Positions 1 to 11,889 of a stretch of DNA of 64,000 nucleotides are shown in pieces. Origin of the DNA: Gammaproteobacteria bacterium. Its GTDB lineage: Bacteria; Pseudomonadota; Gammaproteobacteria; UBA4575. The notes below the pieces were generated by a model. The model saw only the letters and a list, made by a program, of their open reading frames with translations, did no database searches and was not told the DNA's origin. The position numbers were made by a program, and so were the translations under genes. The DNA lies in the NCBI GenBank assembly GCA_965222615.1, contig CBDCUI010000008.1:320001-384000 (forward strand). The letters run 5' to 3'. Numbering within the stretch: position 1 is the first letter of the stretch; each line of letters opens with the position of its first letter.

Positions 1-568
1 CGCTCCATACCACCATCTCAGAGCTAACTAGTAAAATAACCAACCCTACCCCTAAACCCAGGAATAATTTTGTTAGGTTTTTGGGTGTCGATTCTTGAGA
101 GAGTTCGCCCCGCTTGTGTTCTTTTTTTTCAAAGCGGGTCAGCATATAAAGTGCTACGAATAAGGCAAGCACTAAAATTATGCCATCAATAAAATTAAGC
201 TGTTGATCGAGAATTAATACAGTAAATATGATTGTTGCTCCAAATACTAATATGAAATCTCGGTACACAATTCTTTTGTCTATATAAAGAGGTAAAATGC
301 ATAAAGTTGCTCCTCCGGTTAGCAAAATATTGGTTGTATTAGAGCCTAGCGCGTTGCCAATGGCTAAACCTGGATTACCTTGTAATGCGGATAAAGCAGA
401 CACTAATAGTTCTGGTGCAGAAGTGCCAAATCCAAGTACAACAATTCCAATCACAAACTTTGAAATATGGAAATGCTGACCAAGGTGTAGTGCGTTATCT
501 GTAAATCGATCGGCACTCCACATCAACAGAAAAAAGCCCGTAACCAAAGCGATAATAAATACAAACAT
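1..568 (-). CDS. yrbG: Ca2+/Na+ antiporter (YrbG family), 3' end outside window
   Basis: Manual translation from ATG at 568: MFVFIIALVTGFFLLMWSADRF...GFGTSAPELLVS...GLAIGNALGSN (alpha-1 repeat GTSAPE). Divergent from mlaF, the usual yrb context. Not in the ORF track because it is truncated. Confidence 0.9.
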   Translation of the reverse strand, partial: MFVFIIALVTGFFLLMWSADRFTDNALHLGQHFHISKFVIGIVVLGFGTSAPELLVSALSALQGNPGLAIGNALGSNTTNILLTGGATLCILPLYIDKRIVYRDFILVFGATIIFTVLILDQQLNFIDGIILVLALFVALYMLTRFEKKEHKRGELSQESTPKNLTKLFLGLGVGLVILLVSSEMVVWS

Positions 569-741
569 GATTTTACTTAGAAAATACCTTGGTTACTTTG
601 TGGACAACTAATCTAAGCTACTTGTACCAAATTAATCCTTCCATCGCCAAGAAAATATCAAACGAGTATGATGCACCACTCAATTCAAGAGTATATATTT
701 GGCATGGGCTAGACTTAAGGCTAGCACGGATAATAAAAATA

Positions 742-1542
742 ATGGTGGAATCGATCGTACAAATTCGTGAACTACATTTCACCCGCGGTTCACGCAAGAT
801 ATTCAATGGTATCAGCTTAGATATTCAAGCTGGTCAAGTTACTGCCTTTATGGGTCCAAGTGGAACCGGTAAAACAACATTACTAAAGATAATCGGTGGT
901 CAGCTACGTCCTGAAAAGGGCTATGTGCAAGTGTTTGGTAAAGATATCCATCATGTCGATCGAGATGAGTTGTATGAGCTACGCAAACGCATGGGCATGC
1001 TATTTCAAAGTGGCGCATTGCTAACAGATATAAATGTTTTTGAAAATGTTGCCTTTCCTCTACGTGAGCACACACGATTGCCTGAACAAATTATTCGAGA
1101 TTTAGTCCTGATCAAGCTGGAAGCTGTCGGTTTACGTGGCGCTCGTAATCTAATGCCAAGCGAATTGTCAGGGGGTATGGCACGTCGTGTAGCGCTGGCA
1201 CGTGCAATTGTGTTAGATCCATCCATGATTATGTATGACGAGCCCTTTACAGGTTTGGACCCGATTACGAAGGGAACAATTGTAACCTTAATAAAAGAGT
1301 TGAACGAAACTCTGGGGCTCACCAGTGTAATTGTATCCCACGATGTGCATGAAACGATGTCGATCGCAGACTACATTTATGTTCTCGCAGAAGGACAGGT
1401 GGTGGAATCCGGCACGCCTGATAATTTGGGGAGTAGTTCTTCTCCATGGTTGCAGCAGTTTTTGCAAGGTTTGCCGGATGGTCCAGCACCGTTTCACTAT
1501 CCGGCAGAAAATTTGCGTGAAGATTTGTTAGCGGGTAGGTAA
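742..1542 (+). CDS. mlaF: Phospholipid ABC transporter ATP-binding protein
   Basis: Walker A GPSGTGKT, signature [20 protein letters not shown] at 742 preferred over the track TTG at 589. Confidence 0.95.
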   Translation: MVESIVQIRELHFTRGSRKIFNGISLDIQAGQVTAFMGPSGTGKTTLLKIIGGQLRPEKGYVQVFGKDIHHVDRDELYELRKRMGMLFQSGALLTDINVFENVAFPLREHTRLPEQIIRDLVLIKLEAVGLRGARNLMPSELSGGMARRVALARAIVLDPSMIMYDEPFTGLDPITKGTIVTLIKELNETLGLTSVIVSHDVHETMSIADYIYVLAEGQVVESGTPDNLGSSSSPWLQQFLQGLPDGPAPFHYPAENLREDLLAGR

Positions 1543-2327
1543 TGTTCGTTTCGGCGTTGCAAAATCTTGGACATTGGACATTGGGTCTATTCGAAAGAAT
1601 GGGCCGTGCATCTATTTTCTTTTTCAGGGTATTGTTAACCATACCACGCGCATTTACACGTCCACGTTTAATTATTAAAGAGATTTATTCTATAGGTGTA
1701 CTTTCACTAACCATCATTATTGTCTCTGGCTTATTTGTTGGTATGGTGTTAGGGCTGCAAGGGTATGTAACACTGGTTGATTTTGGTGCGGAAGAATCGC
1801 TTGGTGTTGTAGTTGCGATGACCTTGGTACGAGAACTAGGTCCTGTTGTAACGGCATTATTATTTGCTGGGCGCGCAGGTTCTGCATTGGCAGCGGAAAT
1901 TGGTTTGATGAAAACTACAGAACAACTTTCTAGTATGGAAATGATGGCAGTAGATCCAATTCGACGGGTTGTGACACCGCGTTTTATTGGTGGATTTATC
2001 TCGGTGCCATTGTTGACTGCAATATTTACTGCAGTAGGGATTTTAGGTGGAAGATTTGTCGGTGTCGGCCTGCTAGGAGTTGATGAGGGCTCGTTTTGGT
2101 CACAGATGCAAGCAAATGTAGATTTAGTGGATGATGTTGCAAACGGTATGATTAAAGGCGTGGTATTTGCAATTGCATGTGTGTGGATCGCTTTATACAA
2201 AGGCTACGATGCCATACCTACGGCTGAAGGAATTAGTTTAGCTACAACGAATACGGTAGTTAATTCTGCATTAGCAGTACTGGGTCTTGATTTTATTTTG
2301 ACTGCGTTAATGTTTGGTGAATTGTAA
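1542..2327 (+). CDS. mlaE: Lipid asymmetry ABC transporter permease
   Basis: [28 protein letters not shown] motif; overlaps the mlaF stop. Confidence 0.95.
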   Translation: MFVSALQNLGHWTLGLFERMGRASIFFFRVLLTIPRAFTRPRLIIKEIYSIGVLSLTIIIVSGLFVGMVLGLQGYVTLVDFGAEESLGVVVAMTLVRELGPVVTALLFAGRAGSALAAEIGLMKTTEQLSSMEMMAVDPIRRVVTPRFIGGFISVPLLTAIFTAVGILGGRFVGVGLLGVDEGSFWSQMQANVDLVDDVANGMIKGVVFAIACVWIALYKGYDAIPTAEGISLATTNTVVNSALAVLGLDFILTALMFGEL

Positions 2328-2368
2328 AATGTAAATTCGTGTTTATGAAGTAATAGGAAGAATAAGTT

Positions 2369-2827
2369 ATGACAACACGCTTTATCGAAACTATGGTGGG
2401 ATTGTTTGTGGTGTTGGGAATATTGGCATTATTCATGCTGGCGATGAAAGTAAGTAACTTAAGTGGCCTCAGTAAAAATGAAGGTTATGAAGTATCCGCT
2501 TATTTTGAAAATATAGGCGGCCTAAAAGTGCGCTCACCGGTGACCGTTTCCGGAGTTCGAGTAGGGCAAGTCACAGAAATCGTATATGATGCCGATCGTT
2601 ATGAAGCTCTGGTTAGAATGCGTATTGATGCGAATCATGATTATTTTCCAATCGATACAACAGCCAGTATTTATACTGCAGGGTTATTGGGGGAGCAGTA
2701 TATCGCGCTAGAACCAGGCGCGGAGGAGGACGTGTTGACGACAGGCGGTACCATAGAATTTACCCAATCGGCACTAGTTTTAGAGGAAATAATTGGCAAA
2801 ATAGTGGTCAAATTAACATCTGGGTGA
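2369..2827 (+). CDS. mlaD: MCE-domain protein MlaD
   Basis: N-terminal TM, GGLKVRSPVTVSGVRVG, TAGLLGEQYI. Confidence 0.95.
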   Translation: MTTRFIETMVGLFVVLGILALFMLAMKVSNLSGLSKNEGYEVSAYFENIGGLKVRSPVTVSGVRVGQVTEIVYDADRYEALVRMRIDANHDYFPIDTTASIYTAGLLGEQYIALEPGAEEDVLTTGGTIEFTQSALVLEEIIGKIVVKLTSG

Positions 2828-2911
2828 TTATGGGTAGTCGTCAAAATTTGTTATTACATGTTTTTTTAGGGGTTGTATAGTAAATTCATGAAGCGGGGGA
2901 GATCGAGTCTA

Positions 2912-3568
2912 ATGAAATTCGTAAATCTTATATTTGTCAGGAAATTACCAGTAATTTTATTGGTAATGCTATTTGTTGCCGGTAATGTTTTAGCGATTGA
3001 TCAACGTGCACCAGAACAAATTGTAGAAGAAACCTCTACAGAGGTTTTAAGAGCCTTAAATGAAGATAAAGATCGTTTAAAAGAAGATCCGACATTAATC
3101 AATACGTTAATCAATGACACCATCATTCCTATTGTTGATTTAAATTCAATGGGGAAGTTGATACTGGGCAAGTATTGGAAGCAAGCAAGTGAAGAGCAAC
3201 GTGCAAAGTTTATTGCAGAATTTAAAGATATGCTGATTCGAACTTATGCAAAATCCTTAGTGGACTATGGTCATGCTAAGGTTAAAGTATTACCAGATCG
3301 AAATAAGAAGGAAAGTAAATATCATACCGTGCAAACTGAACTTGATATCGGTTCTGGTAAAGCCCCTTTGCAAGTTGCCTATGTTTTTAGAAGTAATAAG
3401 GATAAGGAATGGAAGGTGTTTGATCTTGCAGTAGATGGCTTAAGTTTAGTGAAGAATTTTCGAACTAGCTTTGGCCAAGAAATCAAAGAAACTTCTCTAG
3501 ATGCACTAATAGAGCGTTTAGCAAATACCAACAAGACTGGTGCTACGGATGAAGTCTCGGCAGAATGA
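2912..3568 (+). CDS. mlaC: Periplasmic phospholipid shuttle MlaC
   Basis: Signal peptide; LILGKYW, WKVFDLAVDGLSLVKNFRTSF; GGGGAGA RBS before ATG 2912. Confidence 0.9.
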   Translation: MKFVNLIFVRKLPVILLVMLFVAGNVLAIDQRAPEQIVEETSTEVLRALNEDKDRLKEDPTLINTLINDTIIPIVDLNSMGKLILGKYWKQASEEQRAKFIAEFKDMLIRTYAKSLVDYGHAKVKVLPDRNKKESKYHTVQTELDIGSGKAPLQVAYVFRSNKDKEWKVFDLAVDGLSLVKNFRTSFGQEIKETSLDALIERLANTNKTGATDEVSAE

Positions 3569-3873
3569 ATGTACAAACTGATTTTGAATGTATCGATCGC
3601 AATAGTTTTAAAGTAACTGGAGATTTAACTTTTAGTAGTGCAGCATCAGTTTGGGATCAGGCAAAAGAAATATTGCCAAATTTAGAAGAAGAAAGTTTGG
3701 TTATTGATATTGGTTCTGCAAAAGAACTAGACAGCGGCGGATTAGCGTTGTTAGTTGCTTGGTCACGCTGGGCCTATTGCAATAAAAAACAACTCATTTT
3801 CAGTAATGCCTCAGACAAAGTGCGAAAATTAATTGAAGTTAACAAGCTTCAGGATTTGCTCATACTTGCTTGA
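3565..3873 (+). CDS. mlaB: STAS-domain protein MlaB
   Basis: DSGGLALL STAS motif, operon position. Confidence 0.85.
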   Translation: MNVQTDFECIDRNSFKVTGDLTFSSAASVWDQAKEILPNLEEESLVIDIGSAKELDSGGLALLVAWSRWAYCNKKQLIFSNASDKVRKLIEVNKLQDLLILA

Positions 3874-3976
3874 AACTGATTGCAAAAACTGTTTATTGTT
3901 TTGGCTAGTAACAAATGCTGTGGTTCGTTAAGATCTGCTTTATTCAGATTCTTAATATCAACTTTTTAACCCCTGA

Positions 3977-5245
<1,269 letters not shown>

Positions 5246-5248
<3 letters not shown>

Positions 5249-5385
5249 ATTTAAAAATGCACTTTTTTTTGCGATAGCTGCGTCAGCTCCGTGCTCAAAT
5301 CCTCATGTATTATTTATACACTCCGGTTCTGCGCGCGGTGCTTTCTTGCTCTCACAAAAAAAATTACTATTTTTAAAAGTGCTAG
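5246..5385 (+). repeat. Palindromic ERIC/RPE-like element, copy A
   Basis: Arms ttaaaaatgcacttttttttgcgatagc / gctctcacaaaaaaaattactatttttaa; core aatcctcatgtat-tattt-atacactccgg shared with copies B-E; begins at the murA TAG. Confidence 0.75.
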
Positions 5386-5430
5386 ACTCTGTCTAAAATA
5401 AATTTTTTCTATGCTGGTTTCTCTCTAAAC

Positions 5431-6081
5431 ATGACTGATAGTAGCAACACAAATATGATAACCATTGCAGTATCGAAAGGACGCATCTTAGAAGAAAGTC
5501 TGGATGTTCTTGCAGACATGGGGATAAGTGTTGCAAAAGAAGATTTAGATGGACGTAAATTGGTATTACCTACGAACAAATCAAATATACGTTTATTAAT
5601 TATCCGCGCAGCAGATGTGCCCACTTATGTACAACATGGTGCAGCAGAGTTGGGCATCGCAGGTAAAGATGTATTAATGGAGTTTTCCGGGGATGGTATC
5701 TATGAACCGGTAGATCTCGGCATTGCTAAATGTCGGCTTATGGTTGCAGGCGTGAAAAATAAGGTTGCGGAAAATAGACGCTTGCGTGTAGCAACAAAAT
5801 ATTTGCGCAGTACGCGAAGACATTTTGCCGCCAAGGGTCAACAAGTAGAGTTGATAAAACTATATGGGTCGATGGAATTAGCGCCGATGTTAGGTTTGGC
5901 AGATTGCATTGTTGATCTAGTCGCAACTGGCAATACACTCAAAGCTAACGGTTTGGTGGCCACCGAGCATATTGCCGATATCAGCTCACGATTGATCGTC
6001 AACAAAGCAGCAATGAAGATAAAATCTGCTACACTTAAACCCCTTATAGAACAATTTAAACAAGTAGCTGATAAACCATAG
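5431..6081 (+). CDS. hisG: ATP phosphoribosyltransferase, short (HisZ-dependent) form
   Basis: [36 protein letters not shown]; 216 aa with no C-terminal regulatory domain. Confidence 0.95.
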   Translation: MTDSSNTNMITIAVSKGRILEESLDVLADMGISVAKEDLDGRKLVLPTNKSNIRLLIIRAADVPTYVQHGAAELGIAGKDVLMEFSGDGIYEPVDLGIAKCRLMVAGVKNKVAENRRLRVATKYLRSTRRHFAAKGQQVELIKLYGSMELAPMLGLADCIVDLVATGNTLKANGLVATEHIADISSRLIVNKAAMKIKSATLKPLIEQFKQVADKP

Positions 6082-6107
6082 AATTTTCAGGGAAGAGAGC
6101 AACGATT

Positions 6108-7184
6108 ATGAAATATCAAACGGATGATCTCAGAATAAAGGAAATTACCGAAGTCATTGCCCCTGAAGAGTTACGCAGTGAGCTTCCTGTTTCAGAAAAG
6201 TCAGCCGAATGTGTTTTTAATGCACGTACCGCCGTGCAAAAAATACTACATGGAGAAGATGATCGCTTGTTAGTAATTGTTGGGCCATGTTCTATTCATG
6301 ATCCAAATGCTGCACGTGAATATGCTGAACGGCTACTGGCTATACGTGATGAGTTAGCAGATGACTTAATGATCATCATGCGTGTGTATTTTGAAAAACC
6401 ACGTACCACCGTTGGTTGGAAAGGTCTAATCAATGATCCCGATCTAGATGACAGCTTTGAAATTAATAAAGGCCTACATATTGCACGAAGCTTATTGTTA
6501 GACCTAAATGAAAAAAGTATGCCAGCCGGCACAGAATACTTAGATTTGATTAGTCCACAATACGTTGCAGACTTAGTTAGTTGGGGCGCTATTGGGGCTC
6601 GTACTACGGAAAGTCAAGTACACCGTGAATTAGCCTCAGGACTGTCTTGTCCAGTAGGCTTTAAAAATGCAACTGATGGAGGATTGCAAGTTGCAGTCGA
6701 TGCAATCGGTTCGGCCATGAATCCACATCACTTTTTGTCGGTGACTAAGGCTGGCAAGTCTGCAATCTTTTCCACCATTGGCAATAAGGATTGTCACATT
6801 ATTCTACGCGGCGGCAAGGAGCCTAACTATAGCCCTGAGAGTATTGACGATGCCGCAGCACTGCTTGAAAAGTCTAAACTTGCTCCACGTATTATGGTGG
6901 ATTGTAGTCATGCCAATAGTTCGAAACAGCATGAAAAACAGCTTGAGGTTGGTCAAGCGGTAGCTGATCAATTAAGTGCGGGAGACATGCGCATCTTTGG
7001 TGTGATGATAGAAAGTCATTTAGTGGCAGGGAGGCAAAATGCCAAGCCTGATGTTGAACTAACGTATGGACAGAGTATTACTGATGCTTGTATAGGTTGG
7101 GATCAGACGCAAGAACTGTTGCAAATTTTTTCACAAGCTGTGCGTGAGCGACGCCATTTCAAATCCGCAGCCAGCGCAGCGTAA
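6108..7184 (+). CDS. aroG: DAHP synthase, class I-alpha
   Basis: MKYQTDDLRIKEI N-terminus, VGPCSIHD, YFEKPRTTVGWKG, DCSHANS, SITDAC. Confidence 0.93.
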   Translation: MKYQTDDLRIKEITEVIAPEELRSELPVSEKSAECVFNARTAVQKILHGEDDRLLVIVGPCSIHDPNAAREYAERLLAIRDELADDLMIIMRVYFEKPRTTVGWKGLINDPDLDDSFEINKGLHIARSLLLDLNEKSMPAGTEYLDLISPQYVADLVSWGAIGARTTESQVHRELASGLSCPVGFKNATDGGLQVAVDAIGSAMNPHHFLSVTKAGKSAIFSTIGNKDCHIILRGGKEPNYSPESIDDAAALLEKSKLAPRIMVDCSHANSSKQHEKQLEVGQAVADQLSAGDMRIFGVMIESHLVAGRQNAKPDVELTYGQSITDACIGWDQTQELLQIFSQAVRERRHFKSAASAA

Positions 7185-7194
7185 TTGAATCCGC

Positions 7195-8493
7195 ATGCTG
7201 GATACTACTCGTCTTAATACTCAAGACGCAGACTTCTCTGCACAATTTCAAAATTGGCTAGCTAAAAATCGGTTAACCGATGATGATGTATACGAAAGTG
7301 TGAAGGCTATTTTAAAAGACGTTCGTGAACGTGGAGATCTAGCGCTTTTAGAACATACGCAACGTTATGATCATGTTACCGCCAAACAAATTGGCGAGTT
7401 GGAGATTTCTCAAGCTCAAATGCAAAGTGCATTAGGTAGTATCGATTCTGAGCAACAGAACGCACTAAATATTGCTGCAAGTCGTATTCAAACCTATGCA
7501 GAACAACAAAAGTTACAGTCTTGGACGATTGAAGATGAAGATGCGAATGAATTAGGCCAAGTGGTTACTGCGTTAGAAAAAGTTGGTGTTTATGTGCCTG
7601 GAGGTACAGCTGCCTATCCATCATCCGTGCTCATGAATGCTATTCCCGCCAAAGTTGCGGGTGTGGAAGATGTGATTATGGTGGTGCCTACCCCAAAAGG
7701 TGAAGTAAACAATACGGTCTTGGCTGCAGCAGCAGTCGCTGGTGTAGACCGTGCCTTTACTGTTGGAGGTGCCCAGGCCATTGCAGCGCTGGCATATGGC
7801 ACCGAGACTGTGCCTAAGGTAGATAAAATTGTGGGCCCTGGGAATGCTTATGTAGCTTGTGCTAAGCGCTTGGTATTTGGTGAAGTGGGTATCGATATGA
7901 TTGCCGGCCCATCTGAAGTATTAGTGATTGCGGACGACAGCGCCAATCCTGAATGGGTGGCCATGGATTTATTTTCACAAGCCGAACATGATGCGCATGC
8001 GAGAGCGACGCTTATCAGTACAGACCCTGAATTTTTTAATCTAGTGTTTGAGAAAATGCAACACTTGCTAAAACAACTTGACCGTAGTGACACCATTATA
8101 GATTCCATAAATAATTACGGTGCCTTTATCCAAGTTAGTGATTTAGATGAAGCCGCACAACTTGCAAACACGATTGCTCCGGAACATTTAGAATTGTGTG
8201 TGGATAAACCTGAGCAGTTGTTAAAAAAAATTCGTAATGCCGGCGCTATTTTTTTGGGACATTATTCGCCAGAGGTATTTGGAGATTATTGTGCCGGCCC
8301 CAATCATGTGTTACCAACTTCCACTACTGCGAGATTTTCATCTCCTTTGGGTGTTTATGATTTTCAGAAGCGTAGTACAGTAGTGAACTGTTCACGTGAA
8401 GGCGCGAACAAGCTAAGTCAAATCGCGGCAACCTTAGCTAATAGTGAGGGCCTATCTGCGCATGCTAAGTCAGCCCAATATCGTGGCAAGTAG
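7195..8493 (+). CDS. hisD: Histidinol dehydrogenase
   Basis: YVPGG, IDMIAGPSE, SQAEH, APEHL, GPNHVLPT. Confidence 0.97.
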   Translation: MLDTTRLNTQDADFSAQFQNWLAKNRLTDDDVYESVKAILKDVRERGDLALLEHTQRYDHVTAKQIGELEISQAQMQSALGSIDSEQQNALNIAASRIQTYAEQQKLQSWTIEDEDANELGQVVTALEKVGVYVPGGTAAYPSSVLMNAIPAKVAGVEDVIMVVPTPKGEVNNTVLAAAAVAGVDRAFTVGGAQAIAALAYGTETVPKVDKIVGPGNAYVACAKRLVFGEVGIDMIAGPSEVLVIADDSANPEWVAMDLFSQAEHDAHARATLISTDPEFFNLVFEKMQHLLKQLDRSDTIIDSINNYGAFIQVSDLDEAAQLANTIAPEHLELCVDKPEQLLKKIRNAGAIFLGHYSPEVFGDYCAGPNHVLPTSTTARFSSPLGVYDFQKRSTVVNCSREGANKLSQIAATLANSEGLSAHAKSAQYRGK

Positions 8494-8711
8494 GCAAACT
8501 CTGATTTATTCTGCCTTGATTAAATTGATGTGGTTGTTAAAAAGATTTTTCCAAATGCTCATATATGTATTTATATACTCCGCTTTGACTCGCACCTTCC
8601 TGGTGCTCGGCCTACGGCTAGCAGAGCTTTCCAAATCTGCTCCCGGCAGATTTGTCTCGAAATCTTTTTGCCTCGTATCAGGCATTACATTAATAAATCA
8701 GAGCTTGCTTA
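8491..8711 (+). repeat. Palindromic element copy B, with nested insert
   Basis: TA-bounded terminal inverted repeat taggcaaactctgatttatt / aataaatcagagcttgctta; core aatgctcatatat..atatactccgc; begins at the hisD TAG. Confidence 0.85.
8587..8656. mobile_element. 70-bp GC-rich multi-hairpin insert nested in copy B
   Basis: GAC...GTC ends; hairpins gcacc/ggtgc, gcc/ggc, agc/gct, caaatctgc/gcagatttg. Removing it restores ccgcttttcgaaatc, matching the uninterrupted sites in copies C and D. Confidence 0.8.
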
Positions 8712-8738
8712 GCGAATACTAAAACTACTTTCATTGAG

Positions 8739-9812
8739 ATGAGTATTACTCCACAAAATTTATTCCGGCAGGAGCTTGCAACCATGCAAGCTTATCAAGT
8801 CCCTGATTCCGATGGTTTTGTTAAATTGGACGCGATGGAGAATCCTTATCCATTTCCTGAAGCGTTACAGGATCAGTGGCTAAGTACGCTGAAAAATGTA
8901 GCATTGAATCGATATCCTGATCCGCAAGCAAGTCGACTTAAGGAAAGTTTTCGTAAGGTTTTTGCGTTCTCGCCTAAGCTGGAAATCATGTTGGGTAATG
9001 GATCAGACGAGTTGATCCAGTTATTGATACTTGCCGTTGCTAAACCTGATGCTTGTATTCTGACGGTAACGCCTAGTTTTTCAATGTATAAACTCATTGC
9101 TGAATACGTAGGGGTACGCGTAATCGAAATACCACTCGTTACTGAATCCTTTGCTTTACCAATAGAATTGATAAGCAAAGCAATTAAAAAACATAAGCCT
9201 GCATTGATTTTTTTAGCCTGTCCAAATAATCCCACTGGAACACTTTGGCCATTAGAAAAAGTTGAACAAATTGTGCAAGAGACATCCGGATTAGTAATCG
9301 TTGACGAGGCTTATACACCATTTACTGCTTATTCTTTAATATCGCTAATTGAAAAGTATCCGCATGCCTTGATGCTACGCACATTGTCAAAAATGGGTTT
9401 GGCAGGGTTACGCTTGGGTTGGTTAATGGGGGAAGAGCAATGGTTGACTGAACTTAATAAACTACGCTTGCCATATAATATTAATGCCCTAACGCAAGCT
9501 AGTGCTGAATTTGCTTTGCACAATATTTCGGTTTTCGATGAGCAAGCACGACGCATATGTGATCAACGCGAACAATTGATTAACGCAATGCAGAATATTA
9601 AAGGTATCAAAGTTTTTCCAAGCGAAGCAAACTTTATTTTGTTTAAAACCATACATAAAGATGCTGAACTCGTATTCAACTACTTAATCGAAAATAAAAT
9701 AATGATAAAAAATGTAGCGAATAACGACCTACTTAAAGATTGTTTACGTGTTACAGTGGGCACAGAGAGTGAAAATCAGATTTTTCTTGCTGCCCTCAAA
9801 GAGGCCGTTTAA
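8739..9812 (+). CDS. hisC: Histidinol-phosphate aminotransferase
   Basis: NRYPD, GNGSDELI, PNNPTG, DEAY, RTLSK..LAGLRLG. Confidence 0.97.
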   Translation: MSITPQNLFRQELATMQAYQVPDSDGFVKLDAMENPYPFPEALQDQWLSTLKNVALNRYPDPQASRLKESFRKVFAFSPKLEIMLGNGSDELIQLLILAVAKPDACILTVTPSFSMYKLIAEYVGVRVIEIPLVTESFALPIELISKAIKKHKPALIFLACPNNPTGTLWPLEKVEQIVQETSGLVIVDEAYTPFTAYSLISLIEKYPHALMLRTLSKMGLAGLRLGWLMGEEQWLTELNKLRLPYNINALTQASAEFALHNISVFDEQARRICDQREQLINAMQNIKGIKVFPSEANFILFKTIHKDAELVFNYLIENKIMIKNVANNDLLKDCLRVTVGTESENQIFLAALKEAV

Positions 9813-9823
9813 CAAGTTTTATT

Positions 9824-10972
9824 TCAACGATAAATTGGGCGCTGGTCTATTTTAATTTTCTTAGTAAATTTCTTGCCTCTACGCAATCCTGTAATCATTA
9901 CCTGGTCTCCAGGTTTGCGGCCTGCAATTTCATTTTGAATCATTTTTGCATCTCCAGTGTCTTGATCATCAAAACGCAAAATGATGTCGCCCGGAATAAT
10001 TCCAGCTTCATAAGCCGGACTGTGGCGTACAATTCCAGCGACTAATACACCTGCCTGATTACTCAGCCCAAATGATTCTGCTAATTGCGGAGATATATTT
10101 TGTAATTCCAAACCTAACCAACCGCGTATAACGCGGCCATGTTGAATAATTTGTGTCATTACATTCAATGCCAATCCAATTGGAATGGCAAAGCCGATTC
10201 CCTGTGAACCACCTGATTTTGAAAAAATTGCGGTATTGATCCCTACCAGCTCACCATAGGCATTGATTAATGCGCCACCAGAGTTTCCGGGATTAATCGC
10301 GGCATCTGTTTGGATAAAATTTTCAAAGGTATTAATGCCCAGGCGGTTTCTGCCGGTCGCACTAATGATTCCTTGGGTAACGGTTTGTCCAAAGCCGAAT
10401 GGGTTACCAATGGCCAAAACGACGTCACCGACTTCTAATTTACTTGAATCCCGAATCACGACTGTGGGTAGATTTTTAACATCTATAGTCAGCACGGCCA
10501 GATCGGTTTCCGGATCAGCGCCAACAACATTTGCAGTAACGGTGGTGCCATCCGCTAATAACACTTCTATTTCGTCGGCATTTTCAATCACATGGTTATT
10601 CGTCAATACATAACCTTGCGGGCTCATAATTACACCGGAGCCTAAACTGGTTTGTGTCCGTTGGTGTAGATTGTTGCGTTCACCAAAAAACCGGCGAAAA
10701 AGAGGACTGTTAAAAATAGGCCTACGATCCGAAGCTACGACTGTCCTTGTATAAATGTTTACTACGGCAGGGGCAGCGCGTTGTACGGCTTGTGCATAAG
10801 AAACTGGTCCTGAGCTGGGAACTACCGAGCGATCAGTCTGATCTTCTAAAAATTCAACGACCGGGCGTTTATCTAATATATGGTCGGGTAAAAAAACTAA
10901 CAGCAATATGGCTGCCAATACCCCTACGGCAATGGCTTGAAAAATAAACAATAATAATTTGCGTATATTCAT
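9824..10972 (-). CDS. degS: HtrA-family serine protease, single PDZ (DegS/AlgW-like)
   Basis: N-terminal anchor, TNNHV, TDLAVL, INPGNSGG, one PDZ; conserved hisC-degS-Nif3 synteny. Confidence 0.88.
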   Translation of the reverse strand: MNIRKLLLFIFQAIAVGVLAAILLLVFLPDHILDKRPVVEFLEDQTDRSVVPSSGPVSYAQAVQRAAPAVVNIYTRTVVASDRRPIFNSPLFRRFFGERNNLHQRTQTSLGSGVIMSPQGYVLTNNHVIENADEIEVLLADGTTVTANVVGADPETDLAVLTIDVKNLPTVVIRDSSKLEVGDVVLAIGNPFGFGQTVTQGIISATGRNRLGINTFENFIQTDAAINPGNSGGALINAYGELVGINTAIFSKSGGSQGIGFAIPIGLALNVMTQIIQHGRVIRGWLGLELQNISPQLAESFGLSNQAGVLVAGIVRHSPAYEAGIIPGDIILRFDDQDTGDAKMIQNEIAGRKPGDQVMITGLRRGKKFTKKIKIDQRPIYR

Positions 10973-11019
10973 AGTTACACATACCCTACCACGATCGTAA
11001 TTTGGCCGATGTATGCCTT

Positions 11020-11778
11020 ATGGTGACGTTACAAGACCTTACAAACTACACAGATACTTTTTTACAAATTGATCGCTTTAAAGACTATTGTCCAAATGGG
11101 TTGCAAGTTGAGGGGAAAGGTGAAATTGAGCGAATTGTAACCGGTGTAACGGCAAATCAGGCATTGTTGGATGAGGCTTGTGTAAAGCAAGCCGATGCAA
11201 TTTTAGTCCACCATGGTTATTTTTGGCGCAATGAAGATCCGCGCGTAACCGGTATAAAACGTAAACGATTAGCTGCATTAATATACAATGAAATTAGTTT
11301 AATTGCTTATCATTTACCGCTCGATGCGCATCCTGAAATTGGAAATAATGTTCAACTTGCGAGGTTGTTGGGAATCGAAATTGATGATGTGCTGCAATCT
11401 GATAGTAGTTCCATAGCTGGAAGTATTGGGCATTTTCCTCGGCTCATAGAAGCTGAAGACTTAAAACACCTTATTGATTCGATGCTTACTCGAACTTGTA
11501 CCCATGTACCTGCAGGGCCCTCCAAAATTAAAACCATAGGTTGGTGCACGGGTGCTGGGCAAGATTTTATAGAATTGGCCATCGCGCAAAATTTAGATGC
11601 TTATCTAAGTGGGGAAATTTCAGAACCCACGGCACATTTAGCTCGAGAAGCTGGAATACACTATTTTGCTGCCGGGCATCATGCCACGGAGCGCTATGGT
11701 ATTCGAGCATTGGGAGAACATCTGGCGCAAAAATTTGATGTTTTGCATAAATTTGTGGATATCGATAACCCCGCGTAA
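11020..11778 (+). CDS. Nif3-like dinuclear metal hexameric protein (YbgI family)
   Basis: DYCPNGLQV, LVHHG, YHLPLDAH, AGHHATE. Confidence 0.93.
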   Translation: MVTLQDLTNYTDTFLQIDRFKDYCPNGLQVEGKGEIERIVTGVTANQALLDEACVKQADAILVHHGYFWRNEDPRVTGIKRKRLAALIYNEISLIAYHLPLDAHPEIGNNVQLARLLGIEIDDVLQSDSSSIAGSIGHFPRLIEAEDLKHLIDSMLTRTCTHVPAGPSKIKTIGWCTGAGQDFIELAIAQNLDAYLSGEISEPTAHLAREAGIHYFAAGHHATERYGIRALGEHLAQKFDVLHKFVDIDNPA

Positions 11779-11802
11779 TTAAAGCATTTTTTTTACTTTT
11801 AC

Positions 11803-11831
11803 TTGACGAAATTTGGAACATGCGCCATCCT
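11803..11831 (+). promoter_or_regulatory. Possible sigma70 promoter for petABC
   Basis: TTGACG-17 bp-CATCCT; weak -10 match. Confidence 0.3.
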
Positions 11832-11889
11832 ACGCGTCTTTTGTAAATAGATGTTCTTAATAAATCAAAGAATGTCGGTACAGAATATC

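Noticed and set aside
589-741. N-terminal extension of MlaF in the ORF track
   Set aside because: An upstream TTG in the divergent promoter region; similarity to MlaF begins at ATG 742.
8444-8722. ORFs 8444-8722 and 8530-8712
   Set aside because: They are read through repeat copy B and its insert; no protein-family signal.
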